From: a virus
Strand: one strand, 5' to 3'
DNA length: 64,000 bases
Virus record (IMG/VR): IMGVR_UViG_3300033143_005712
Location: 1,544-65,543 of that record
Below are positions 26,155 to 35,243 of this stretch, piece after piece (position 1 is the first letter of the stretch; the number at the start of each line of letters is the position of its first letter). The notes under the pieces were generated by a model. The model worked only from the letters and a program-made list of their open reading frames with translations, did not search any database and was not told the DNA's origin. A program made the position numbers and the translations under genes.

Positions 26155-26919
26155 ATGATGACATCTAAAGAAATAAAAAATAAATACACTGACCTAAAAT
26201 TTGATGAACCTACGCATGAATATACTGTAAATGGAAAACGACTAATCGCAGCATCAAATGTAGTTCACGGATTCGTGGATGAATTTGATACTCAAGGAAT
26301 TGCACAAGCAGTGGCAAACAGAGATGGAAAGACAAAAGAAGAAGTAATTCAAGGATGGGATGACATCAACAAGAAGGCAATCAACTTAGGGAACGAGACA
26401 CACCTCTTCGCTGAGAAATATGCTTATGCAAGATTCGTAGAAGGTTCAGATTTATCTGAACATATTGCAGATACTCCACAAAAAATAGCTGTAATTAAAT
26501 ATTGGAATGATATGCCAAATCATATCACACCCGCAGGCTTTGAACTTCAAATGTATTCAAAAAACTATGGGTTCGCAGGAACTTGTGACATACTGTTGTA
26601 TAACTCTATTACTCAGAAGTATATACTTGCAGATTATAAAACAAATAAGAACATTTTCAAGAATTATAAAGAAAAGATGATGTTACCACCTTTCCATTAT
26701 ATGCTTGATATGTACTACAACCATTATCAAATACAACTATCACTATATCATATGTTGCTGGAAGAGGCTGGATTTGAAGTTGAATCGAGGCAAATTGTAT
26801 GGTTACAGTCTGATAGTAGCTATGTTATTTATGGAACAAAAGATTTCGGAAAAATGCTAAAAACTTATTTTAATGAAGATTGGAGACGTAATACAGCGTG
26901 TATCGAGTTTGTACTCTAA
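26155..26919 (+). CDS. PD-(D/E)XK nuclease (RecB/Cas4-like exonuclease)
   Basis: FDEPTHEY...GNETH...ELQM...AGTCD...ILADYKTNK...YQIQLSLY motifs. Confidence 0.85.
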   Translation: MMTSKEIKNKYTDLKFDEPTHEYTVNGKRLIAASNVVHGFVDEFDTQGIAQAVANRDGKTKEEVIQGWDDINKKAINLGNETHLFAEKYAYARFVEGSDLSEHIADTPQKIAVIKYWNDMPNHITPAGFELQMYSKNYGFAGTCDILLYNSITQKYILADYKTNKNIFKNYKEKMMLPPFHYMLDMYYNHYQIQLSLYHMLLEEAGFEVESRQIVWLQSDSSYVIYGTKDFGKMLKTYFNEDWRRNTACIEFVL

Positions 26920-27553
26920 AGGTGCAGACACAGATGAGACAAGACTCAGCCGAAGGCATATTTATAATAAATTGCTTACGGTCAGAGCTACACATACAAT
27001 ACAGAGATTGAATCAAGGAAGACCTTTCAGTGAATGGGATTTACAACCTTTACATTGTATTTCTATGATTGAGCAGAAAGCTATTCCTTGTGGAGCAAGT
27101 TACAAATGTCCATTTATGAAGAGTGCAAGTCCTATTCCTTCAGCCCTCACTAATAACGATACTGAAAATGTAGCAGTTATGAGCTTTGATGGACTAGTTA
27201 CTTTCAGCAGAACAAGTTTTGAGACTTACAAGTATCTGACGGGAAACAAGTATGGATATAAAAAACCATTCTATTTTATTCACGACAACTATCTTTATCT
27301 TATAAATAGTAGAATGGGAAAGGCTCACATGCACGCAATTTGGCGTGACCCAATTGAAGTTTGGAGAATGCATTTGGCTAATCAAGAAAAGAGTACTTGT
27401 TTTGATAATAATGATGTAGAGTTTTTTACACCGGAAGAAATGATTGAAGGTATTGTAAGAGTAGCTCATGATGAGCTTGTGAAAGACTTTATTCAAATGA
27501 CAGAAGATATTACAAATGATAGTAAAGATAGCCTATTACAAGGAACACGATAA
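26873..27553 (+). CDS. Tail ring / connector structural protein
   Basis: crAss-type MKIGDVIQRV...LSRRHIY N-terminus and YFIHDNYLYL beta region. Confidence 0.65.
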   Translation: MKIGDVIQRVSSLYSKGADTDETRLSRRHIYNKLLTVRATHTIQRLNQGRPFSEWDLQPLHCISMIEQKAIPCGASYKCPFMKSASPIPSALTNNDTENVAVMSFDGLVTFSRTSFETYKYLTGNKYGYKKPFYFIHDNYLYLINSRMGKAHMHAIWRDPIEVWRMHLANQEKSTCFDNNDVEFFTPEEMIEGIVRVAHDELVKDFIQMTEDITNDSKDSLLQGTR

Positions 27554-28032
27554 TGCCGGGATACTACAAAAGAAGAAAAGAACTGCTATCGTTGATAACG
27601 AGTTACGAGGATTGCCTCATAGACGTTACAAAAAAGGAATATCTCGCCATAACGGAAGGTTTTATGAATTTCATAGGCCAAAAGCTATTAAACGGAGAGG
27701 AGATAATATTACCTGTCGCAATGGGTAGGCTCGAAGTACAAGGACGTAAACAGAATATAAGAGTTGAAGGTAATAAGATTAAAGGATTAGCACCAGATTG
27801 GAAGAGTACAATAGAATTGTGGAACAGAAATCCTGAAGCGAAGAAAGAAAAGAAAATAATTTACTTTTTTAACGAACATTCTAAAGGAGTACGATACAAA
27901 ATCAAATGGACAAAAACCAAGATTCCATTGATATTCAAGAGTGTTCTGACATTCAAAGCTATAAGACCTGTTAAAAGAGGTGTTTCAAAGAATGTCAATG
28001 AAGGAAAAGAATACATAATACTAAACGATTAA
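27553..28032 (+). CDS. IHF-like protein of crAss-like phages
   Basis: YLAITEGFMNFIGQKLLNGEEIILPVAMGRLEV...PDWKST...YFFNEH pattern. Confidence 0.7.
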   Translation: MPGYYKRRKELLSLITSYEDCLIDVTKKEYLAITEGFMNFIGQKLLNGEEIILPVAMGRLEVQGRKQNIRVEGNKIKGLAPDWKSTIELWNRNPEAKKEKKIIYFFNEHSKGVRYKIKWTKTKIPLIFKSVLTFKAIRPVKRGVSKNVNEGKEYIILND

Positions 28033-28035
28033 ATT

Positions 28036-28242
28036 ATGGACAAGATAGAAACAGTATCCGGCAATATAAGAAAATCTGTTACCGTAAGGAAGATTGAAAA
28101 TGGATATCTTATTACTAGGTATAAGTCTTGGGAAGACAAAGACGGAGATTATCATAGTGAAGATAAAGAATTTTTTTCAAAAACCAATCCTCTCGAAGAT
28201 GTAGAAATACCTTTGGCTGAGAGTTTTGATATGGAGGACTAA
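28036..28242 (+). CDS. Small acidic hypothetical protein
   Basis: VTVRKIENGYLI motif; tight packing. Confidence 0.7.
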   Translation: MDKIETVSGNIRKSVTVRKIENGYLITRYKSWEDKDGDYHSEDKEFFSKTNPLEDVEIPLAESFDMED

Positions 28243-28244
28243 CT

Positions 28245-29243
28245 ATGCAATTTACAACTATGGATAGAATCTTTACTAAGGTTCTAAGGGATTTGCCCGG
28301 TAGTGAAGTTGATGAAGTTGATATTATTGAGTGGACAGGTGAAGCACTTGAATTTATCAATGCTATCAGGGCCAAAGAGGAAGCTGTTGCTTTTCTCAAA
28401 GTAAAGAATTATCAGACAGAGATTCCAACAAACCTCCACAATATAATTCAAATTGCTTTGAATACAATGGTAGAAGACCCTGAAACAGAAGCAGTTGTTG
28501 ATGAAGAAGAAGACGAAGTTCTTGAACCAGAAATAGATTATCCTGTTTGTATTGATTCTTGCGGAATGCCATATGATGATTATGATGTAGCATACTACAG
28601 ACCTTACTTTGACCTACAGTATGAATATTATGGTTGGAGAGGTACAACAGCATATCAAAGATGTTACATACCGGTCAGGTTAAGTAATCATGTTTTTTTC
28701 AATTCGCTGGTTTGTTCTCAGGATGGTACTGATTGTGGGGCTACTGATATAAGTGGAGATGTAACTGGTATATATCATACAAAGACACCTGAATATACTG
28801 TAATTGCAGGTAAGGTACTAAGGTTTAATTTTGAAAAAGGACTTATAGCTCTTGCTTATAACAGAAATATGCAGGATGAGAATGGTCTTCCAATGATACC
28901 TGATAACATTTCTTTTACTACTGCAATTGTATCTTATATCATAATGCGTCAGATGAAAAGAGAATTATATACAGGACGAGATGGTGCAAGAGGTAAACTC
29001 AATGAGGCAAACAAAGATTGGAATTGGTATGTAAAACAAGCTAGTAACAAATCTCTTATTCCTCAAGGAGTTGATGAGTTGGAAAATATCAAGAATCAGA
29101 GAAATTATATTATACCACGCAGGAATGTTTATCAGAATTACTTTGGCAATCTGAATAACAAAGAAATTAAGAATATCTTGCATACTGAACGCAGAAACAA
29201 CGCTTATTATGGCTCAAGACAACATACATCAGACACCACATAA
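28245..29243 (+). CDS. Tail tubular / ring protein (P22 gp4-like position)
   Basis: DIIEWTGEALEFI N-terminus and DENGLPMIPDN motif; precedes the muzzle gene. Confidence 0.7.
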   Translation: MQFTTMDRIFTKVLRDLPGSEVDEVDIIEWTGEALEFINAIRAKEEAVAFLKVKNYQTEIPTNLHNIIQIALNTMVEDPETEAVVDEEEDEVLEPEIDYPVCIDSCGMPYDDYDVAYYRPYFDLQYEYYGWRGTTAYQRCYIPVRLSNHVFFNSLVCSQDGTDCGATDISGDVTGIYHTKTPEYTVIAGKVLRFNFEKGLIALAYNRNMQDENGLPMIPDNISFTTAIVSYIIMRQMKRELYTGRDGARGKLNEANKDWNWYVKQASNKSLIPQGVDELENIKNQRNYIIPRRNVYQNYFGNLNNKEIKNILHTERRNNAYYGSRQHTSDTT

Positions 29244-32200
29244 GTTATATAAAGGATTGTTCTTGGATGTAAGTCCACTTGAGCAACCTGAAGGAACTTA
29301 CCGTTTTGCTCTGAATGCAATGAATCAGACAAGGGAAGGAAACAAGTATCAGCTTAGCACTGAAGAGTCTACTCAGATATTTGCAGAACTTACTTCATAT
29401 ACTGGAAGTAATGTTGTTCAAGTAGGTTCAATCTATATTGGTGATAATGAGCATATAATATTTGTATATGTAGAAGACCAAACTTCTGGTGTAAGAACAA
29501 GTGCCCTCTATTTCCTTAATGGTTATGGTGAACTTCAACAACTTTTAGTTGATGTTCTTAATACCCGGTTAAACTTCAATGCCGATTATTCTATCACAGG
29601 AGAATACCGAGTACGTAACGGTTGTGAGAAAACTATCTATTGGGTAGACGGACTTAATAGTGTGAAGACTTACAACTTTGCTGAAGGATTACAAGGAGAA
29701 TATACACTAGGGCCGGGAGACCATAATCTTACTGATGCAGGACTGACAAAGTTAAAACTCATAAAAACAGTTGAAGAATATCCCATATTTGTATCAGCAG
29801 AAGTTAAAACAGGTGGTACACTTGCTTCAGGTACTTACAACTTTGCCATACAGTATATGGATGAGAATCTGAATGAGACTGCTTGGCTTACAACATCAAT
29901 GGTTATTCCTATTTATGTAGGATTAACAAGTGGAAACTATGATACAGTATTTGGTTCAAGTAATGGTATTAATGACCCTACTACTGTTACAGATGCAGCT
30001 TTTGGTAGTTCACCTTCAAATAAAAAAATTGAAATTGTATTTGGCAATCTATCAACAGCTTATGATTTCTATCGTATTGCAGTAATAGAAGCTACATCAG
30101 GTACAGGATTGCCTATAAGAGCATTGGTATCAGAAAGAATGCCTACAAATCAAACGCTATTTATTGCTGACGGTAATGAATCCAAATTCTTTGAAGTACC
30201 AGTAGAAACAATTTTGTTGACATCTCCTGAAATTGGAACTGCAGACCATCTTGAACAATCAGAAGAAAGATTACTGTTAGCTAATACTCAAGGTATACAA
30301 AGAGATTATTGTTCTTATCAAAAATTTGCATCATTAATTACAACAGAATATATTACTAATACTGTTGCTAAATATGACTATAAATCTCTTGGTGATTCAA
30401 AGAATCCAGCAAGTTACTTTGAAAGAATAGGTTATATGGGTGGTGAAGTCTATGCTTTTGGTATAATCTATATTTTTGAAGATGGAACAGAATCGCCAGT
30501 TTATCATATTCCCGGCAGGCCAGCAGGAACTACTGGTGAAACACTAAATGGAAGAGCAGAAGATGACACAGAAGTATTTACAAACTATATTGATGACTTA
30601 AAACCATTTGTACAAAATGTTTATACTGTTGGTGACCCATTAACTGTCCCTGATACTGATATTCAATATTGGAGAGTATATGATACTTCTACTACACAAA
30701 GTTTTCCTATCATTAGTACTGTTGTAGGATGGATGGCATTTTGGGAAATGCAAGCAGGAAACTATCTATATAGAAGCAATTGTGCAGCAGGAGGAGAAGA
30801 CTATTGGGGAGTTGATGGATATAGTTGGTCAGGAGAACCATTCATTGATATTGTAACAAAAGTAGGTGTACCTATCAGACATCATAAGTTTCCTAACAGA
30901 AATACTATACCTCATGCATATGATGATATATCATCGTATCCCGGAAGTCCAACATATACAAGTACTATTACTTTAACTGTAAGTAGAAATGGTATTGCTC
31001 CTCCTTGTGCTGGCTCACCACCTGACCCTTATGACCAACTTGTTACATACCAAATAATATATGATATAGAACTTGATGATAGTCTTGTTATCCCTTTATA
31101 TGGTACTACTGGAACTCCTATTACAGGACAATTTCTTTGTGGTGAGTCAGGAACATTAGGATATTCAATTACACTGAATGGAAGAGTAGATTTATCAAGC
31201 GTAAAACTTTTAAACGATTTAAGTGCAATAGATATTATAAGTACTGTTTCTGCTGCTGAAGATGGTGCATCTATTACTATAAAATATAATGGTATAAGAC
31301 AAAATAATCTTCCTGTGGACAATGGTTGGGAAACTCCGGCAGGTTACTTGGATACCACTTTAAATTCTTTCATTCAGACAGCATATCCGTTTGCAACTAA
31401 CGTAGAATACAACTATCTAACACAACTTGGAATAAATTTTAAGAATATTACATTTCCAGATGGAGTTAAAGATTTCAGAATTGTAAGAGCCGAAAGAGAT
31501 GATTTTAACAGAACAGTACTTGCAAAGGCATTCAGTGGCAATACAAGAATGAATGAGCATTATTTAACATTTCATAGTTTTGGCGACTTCAGTACACTAC
31601 CATCAGCAGGTACTGGTACATCTACTGTAGTAAATAACATAAATAACAAGTTTATTCTTGCACCTGAAAACTTGTTTCTTAATAAAAATGTAAATCCTCA
31701 ATATTTAAAATGGGAGAATCGTTTTGAACCTGATTTTACACCTACACCTTTTGGTACAGGCGTAATACAAAATGTAAATGATGATGATAGTGGTATTTTT
31801 GACAAAGATGGTTATGATTGGGAAGGCTTTTCAAGATGGGTAAGATATAGTTCTACACTAAATCCTCTTGAAATAGAACAAAATCATAAGGTAGAAGATA
31901 TGAACTACCTTATTATGGCAGACCATAAAGCATTAATAAATATTTCTCCTAATGAAGATGCTGCTAGTGTGAGAACACTATGGAATGCATCTCAGGATAA
32001 TCCTGTAGGAGTAGCAAAAATTTCTAAATCTCAAAGAGCAGGAGGAATTCAGTTTCCTGATGACCTCTTAGGAGGAAGTAGAGGAACTGGAGCAAGATTA
32101 AGTCTTCATTATGTAGCAATGATGATAGAAGTAGATATACATCCTATTCTTGATAATATCACTTATTATCAATGTCATAACAATACAGGATTACGTTCAG

Positions 32201-34290
32201 CTACTGAATATAGTCCGGATATTTATCTTCATGTAAACTTTGGTGGAGATACATTTATTTCTCACTTTTATCTTACAAATACTTTACATCAAGGGTCATT
32301 TACAAAAGTAAGAATATGGGAATTTATTGTTAAAGCTCTACTTCTTGTGATTGTTATAGCCGTAGCAGTAATTGTATCTATTCTTAGTTGGGGTACTGCA
32401 ACTCCGTTAATGGCACTTGCTGTAACTCTTGCTATGGGTGCTTTAGCTTTAGGAGCTACAACAGGAATTATTATAGCGGCAATAAATACATTTTCTAATG
32501 AAATGGCTAATCCTGAATTTTTAAATATCATTTATGATACAGCAACATCTACAGCAGTTTACAGAGATGATACTTTTCTCAATATGATGTATCATGGACA
32601 TGGCATGTGGATTGAAAGTGATATTAATGTAGGATTAAGAGAACCTGCTACCTTTGGATATAAAGGATTATTGGAAGTTCATACTCAAAGTGCTATTACT
32701 TCTTATTGTATAAATAAAGTTCTCAAATATGTAGAAAGTGAAGGAAGATATCTTTATTCATTTGCTATCAGACCTGAAATATATAAAATAAACAAAGATT
32801 TTATGAGAATGAATAAGGAAAAAGTATTCTTTACATTACTATCAACTTATGATTGTTGTTCAAATTGTTTAGAATCTTTTCCTAACAAAACATTTTATTC
32901 AGAGAGAAGCTTTCTTGAAGAGAAATTTGACAGTTATGGAAAAATTCTTCCATTGAATTATATTACCATACCGGGAGATACAGGTGAGATTACCAATATA
33001 TTCACTATCTCTAATGCTCTTTATGTTCATACTAAAGATGGACTGTGGTATATACCTCAGAATGTGCAGGAACGTCTCACAGGTGATGTTATATCATTGA
33101 TTGGAACAGGTGGTTTTTTCGATTCTACACCTCGTAGGATACATGATACTGAAATGGGAGCTGCCGGATGTACTCAGAAGCTTGCTACAATGAAGACTAA
33201 ACACGGAGTCTTCTTTATAGATTCAGAAGAAGGTGAACCGTATCTTATGAACTTTTCTTCTCAGACAGGAACTCAGATAAAAAGTCTTACTGTAGATAAT
33301 GGTATGCAAAAGTGGTTCAGAGAAAATGGAAGATTCTTTCTCTATGACCAAATGTACAGACTGAAAGGAATAAAAATTCCTACTGCCAATCCTACAAATC
33401 CAACTAACGGTATAGGGTTTATTGCAGCTTACGATTATCAGAACAACCGGTTCTTACTTACAAAGCGTGATTACAGGTTAATTGATGAAAGTGCTACACA
33501 ACAAAAAGCTTTCGATATACTTGACCATGATTTTACCGACCCTGAAGTATTTGAGAATAAATCATATACAATCAGTTACTCACTTGATACAGGTGCTTGG
33601 ACTAGTTTCCACAGCTATTTACCATTAATGTATATCTATGACAGAAAGAACTTAATCAGTGTTGACCAGAAAGTAGCAAACAATCATTATTACTGGCAAC
33701 ATAATACAAAATATAAGTTCCTAAACTTTTACGGTGAATACAAACCTCATATTATTGACTATGTATCCAAATATTCTCCTTTAAGTACTACTATAACAGA
33801 TAATATTCTCATTCAGACAGAGGCTTTGAAAGCTATAGAAGCTGATGGAAATGACCCTGAATATGTAGAACAGCGTTATATAACATTCAATAAAGCAGTT
33901 ATCTACAATACTCGTCAGTCAACAGGTGAGATTCTCCTGAATCCTACAAACCTTAATCCCGATGTGGATTACATGATGCGTAGTGTGAGAAATGTTACTG
34001 GAGAAATAACTATTCGTAAGTTTGAGAAAAATTGGAGAATCAATGGTTTTAGGGATATGAGAACAGATTATGATAGGCCATTGTTTCATACTACTTGGAG
34101 TGAAATCAAAGATGAGTACTTTATTGATAAGATACCTAATGGTATAGGTATCGACCAGAATAAGGAATGGGAACAGAGAGAGAAGTTCATGGATAAATAC
34201 GTTCAGATAAGACTTATCTTTGAAAATCAAAATAATATTAAGTTACTTACAAACTATACCATCGAGACTGAGAAAGACACCGATGTATAA
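29209..34290 (+). CDS. Tail stabilization / muzzle protein (1693 aa)
   Basis: GL..D.SP..QPEGTYRFALNA start, beta-propeller-like repeats, YMGGEVYAFGIIY, W.SFHSYLP; standard position before the cargo genes. Confidence 0.8.
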   Translation: MAQDNIHQTPHKLYKGLFLDVSPLEQPEGTYRFALNAMNQTREGNKYQLSTEESTQIFAELTSYTGSNVVQVGSIYIGDNEHIIFVYVEDQTSGVRTSALYFLNGYGELQQLLVDVLNTRLNFNADYSITGEYRVRNGCEKTIYWVDGLNSVKTYNFAEGLQGEYTLGPGDHNLTDAGLTKLKLIKTVEEYPIFVSAEVKTGGTLASGTYNFAIQYMDENLNETAWLTTSMVIPIYVGLTSGNYDTVFGSSNGINDPTTVTDAAFGSSPSNKKIEIVFGNLSTAYDFYRIAVIEATSGTGLPIRALVSERMPTNQTLFIADGNESKFFEVPVETILLTSPEIGTADHLEQSEERLLLANTQGIQRDYCSYQKFASLITTEYITNTVAKYDYKSLGDSKNPASYFERIGYMGGEVYAFGIIYIFEDGTESPVYHIPGRPAGTTGETLNGRAEDDTEVFTNYIDDLKPFVQNVYTVGDPLTVPDTDIQYWRVYDTSTTQSFPIISTVVGWMAFWEMQAGNYLYRSNCAAGGEDYWGVDGYSWSGEPFIDIVTKVGVPIRHHKFPNRNTIPHAYDDISSYPGSPTYTSTITLTVSRNGIAPPCAGSPPDPYDQLVTYQIIYDIELDDSLVIPLYGTTGTPITGQFLCGESGTLGYSITLNGRVDLSSVKLLNDLSAIDIISTVSAAEDGASITIKYNGIRQNNLPVDNGWETPAGYLDTTLNSFIQTAYPFATNVEYNYLTQLGINFKNITFPDGVKDFRIVRAERDDFNRTVLAKAFSGNTRMNEHYLTFHSFGDFSTLPSAGTGTSTVVNNINNKFILAPENLFLNKNVNPQYLKWENRFEPDFTPTPFGTGVIQNVNDDDSGIFDKDGYDWEGFSRWVRYSSTLNPLEIEQNHKVEDMNYLIMADHKALINISPNEDAASVRTLWNASQDNPVGVAKISKSQRAGGIQFPDDLLGGSRGTGARLSLHYVAMMIEVDIHPILDNITYYQCHNNTGLRSATEYSPDIYLHVNFGGDTFISHFYLTNTLHQGSFTKVRIWEFIVKALLLVIVIAVAVIVSILSWGTATPLMALAVTLAMGALALGATTGIIIAAINTFSNEMANPEFLNIIYDTATSTAVYRDDTFLNMMYHGHGMWIESDINVGLREPATFGYKGLLEVHTQSAITSYCINKVLKYVESEGRYLYSFAIRPEIYKINKDFMRMNKEKVFFTLLSTYDCCSNCLESFPNKTFYSERSFLEEKFDSYGKILPLNYITIPGDTGEITNIFTISNALYVHTKDGLWYIPQNVQERLTGDVISLIGTGGFFDSTPRRIHDTEMGAAGCTQKLATMKTKHGVFFIDSEEGEPYLMNFSSQTGTQIKSLTVDNGMQKWFRENGRFFLYDQMYRLKGIKIPTANPTNPTNGIGFIAAYDYQNNRFLLTKRDYRLIDESATQQKAFDILDHDFTDPEVFENKSYTISYSLDTGAWTSFHSYLPLMYIYDRKNLISVDQKVANNHYYWQHNTKYKFLNFYGEYKPHIIDYVSKYSPLSTTITDNILIQTEALKAIEADGNDPEYVEQRYITFNKAVIYNTRQSTGEILLNPTNLNPDVDYMMRSVRNVTGEITIRKFEKNWRINGFRDMRTDYDRPLFHTTWSEIKDEYFIDKIPNGIGIDQNKEWEQREKFMDKYVQIRLIFENQNNIKLLTNYTIETEKDTDV

Positions 34291-34301
34291 TATACACAGT
34301 T

Positions 34302-35231
34302 ATGGCACGCAAAGACAGAATTAATAAAGGTGATAAATCTCTTGGTACATACTTAGATTCAATGTCTGCTGAAGAAAAGCGACAGATGTATATGGATATG
34401 TACGGTTCTTGGGAGAATGTTCCTGAAAGCAAAAGAACTGAAGTGGAACGGATGGAAGGAAGAGAAGACGACATAGAAACTTATGGAGCTTTGAAAATGG
34501 AATCCAAACCGGCAGGTAAAATAGTACCCACAAAAGGTACTATTCCTGAAAAAGGGATTAAAGAAATATATGATACTGGAGATACTCTTGAAGATACAGG
34601 TGAATTTGGTCAAACGACAGGTTCAATGATATCATCTATAGGACAATCTGCAGCTACTACCATAGATTTTATCTCCAATGTAGTTGATGGCCCTGATAAG
34701 GAAACAAACTATTTTGCAGATTATGCAAATAGGACTCTTGCAAAAATTAATGAAATAAAAACATTTGCAGGAGTTACTCGAAAAATGAAACTTGCAGATA
34801 CTACAATGGCTGAACGAGGAGCAAGAGCTGCAAATCGTGGAACTGCAAGAGGTATTGGAAGTTTAAGAGCACTCGACCTTGGTGTTCATATTGCAGGAAT
34901 GAAAGAACGTAGAGCTATTGAAGGTGAATTTGCAACAGATGTTACAAAGACTCTTGGAATGGAAGCTGATACTCTATTGAATCAAGATTCTGTAAGAATG
35001 GGTGCAGAAACGGACAGAGCTGAAAAAGAACAAATGAACAGAGATACTTGGAAAACTAACTTTAGTCAAAGTCTTATGAACATTGGTTCTACAGCACAAA
35101 ACATTGGACGTAATATGAATACTGAAAAATCAGAAGAAATAGGATGGGGTATCGCAAAATCTTCAAGCAAATTTGCTAGTGAAGAAGAAATCGAAGAATT
35201 CTATAAATGGAAATACAGCAAACCACAATAA
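34302..35231 (+). CDS. Ejected cargo protein 1 (helical, Ala/Gly-rich)
   Basis: Composition and position between muzzle and RNAP. Confidence 0.6.
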   Translation: MARKDRINKGDKSLGTYLDSMSAEEKRQMYMDMYGSWENVPESKRTEVERMEGREDDIETYGALKMESKPAGKIVPTKGTIPEKGIKEIYDTGDTLEDTGEFGQTTGSMISSIGQSAATTIDFISNVVDGPDKETNYFADYANRTLAKINEIKTFAGVTRKMKLADTTMAERGARAANRGTARGIGSLRALDLGVHIAGMKERRAIEGEFATDVTKTLGMEADTLLNQDSVRMGAETDRAEKEQMNRDTWKTNFSQSLMNIGSTAQNIGRNMNTEKSEEIGWGIAKSSSKFASEEEIEEFYKWKYSKPQ

Positions 35232-35243
35232 ATACATACTACA

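Noticed and set aside
26155-26919. cas4 of a CRISPR-Cas locus
   Set aside because: No array or other cas genes, and no four-Cys Fe-S cluster pattern; a stand-alone phage PD-(D/E)XK nuclease is more likely.
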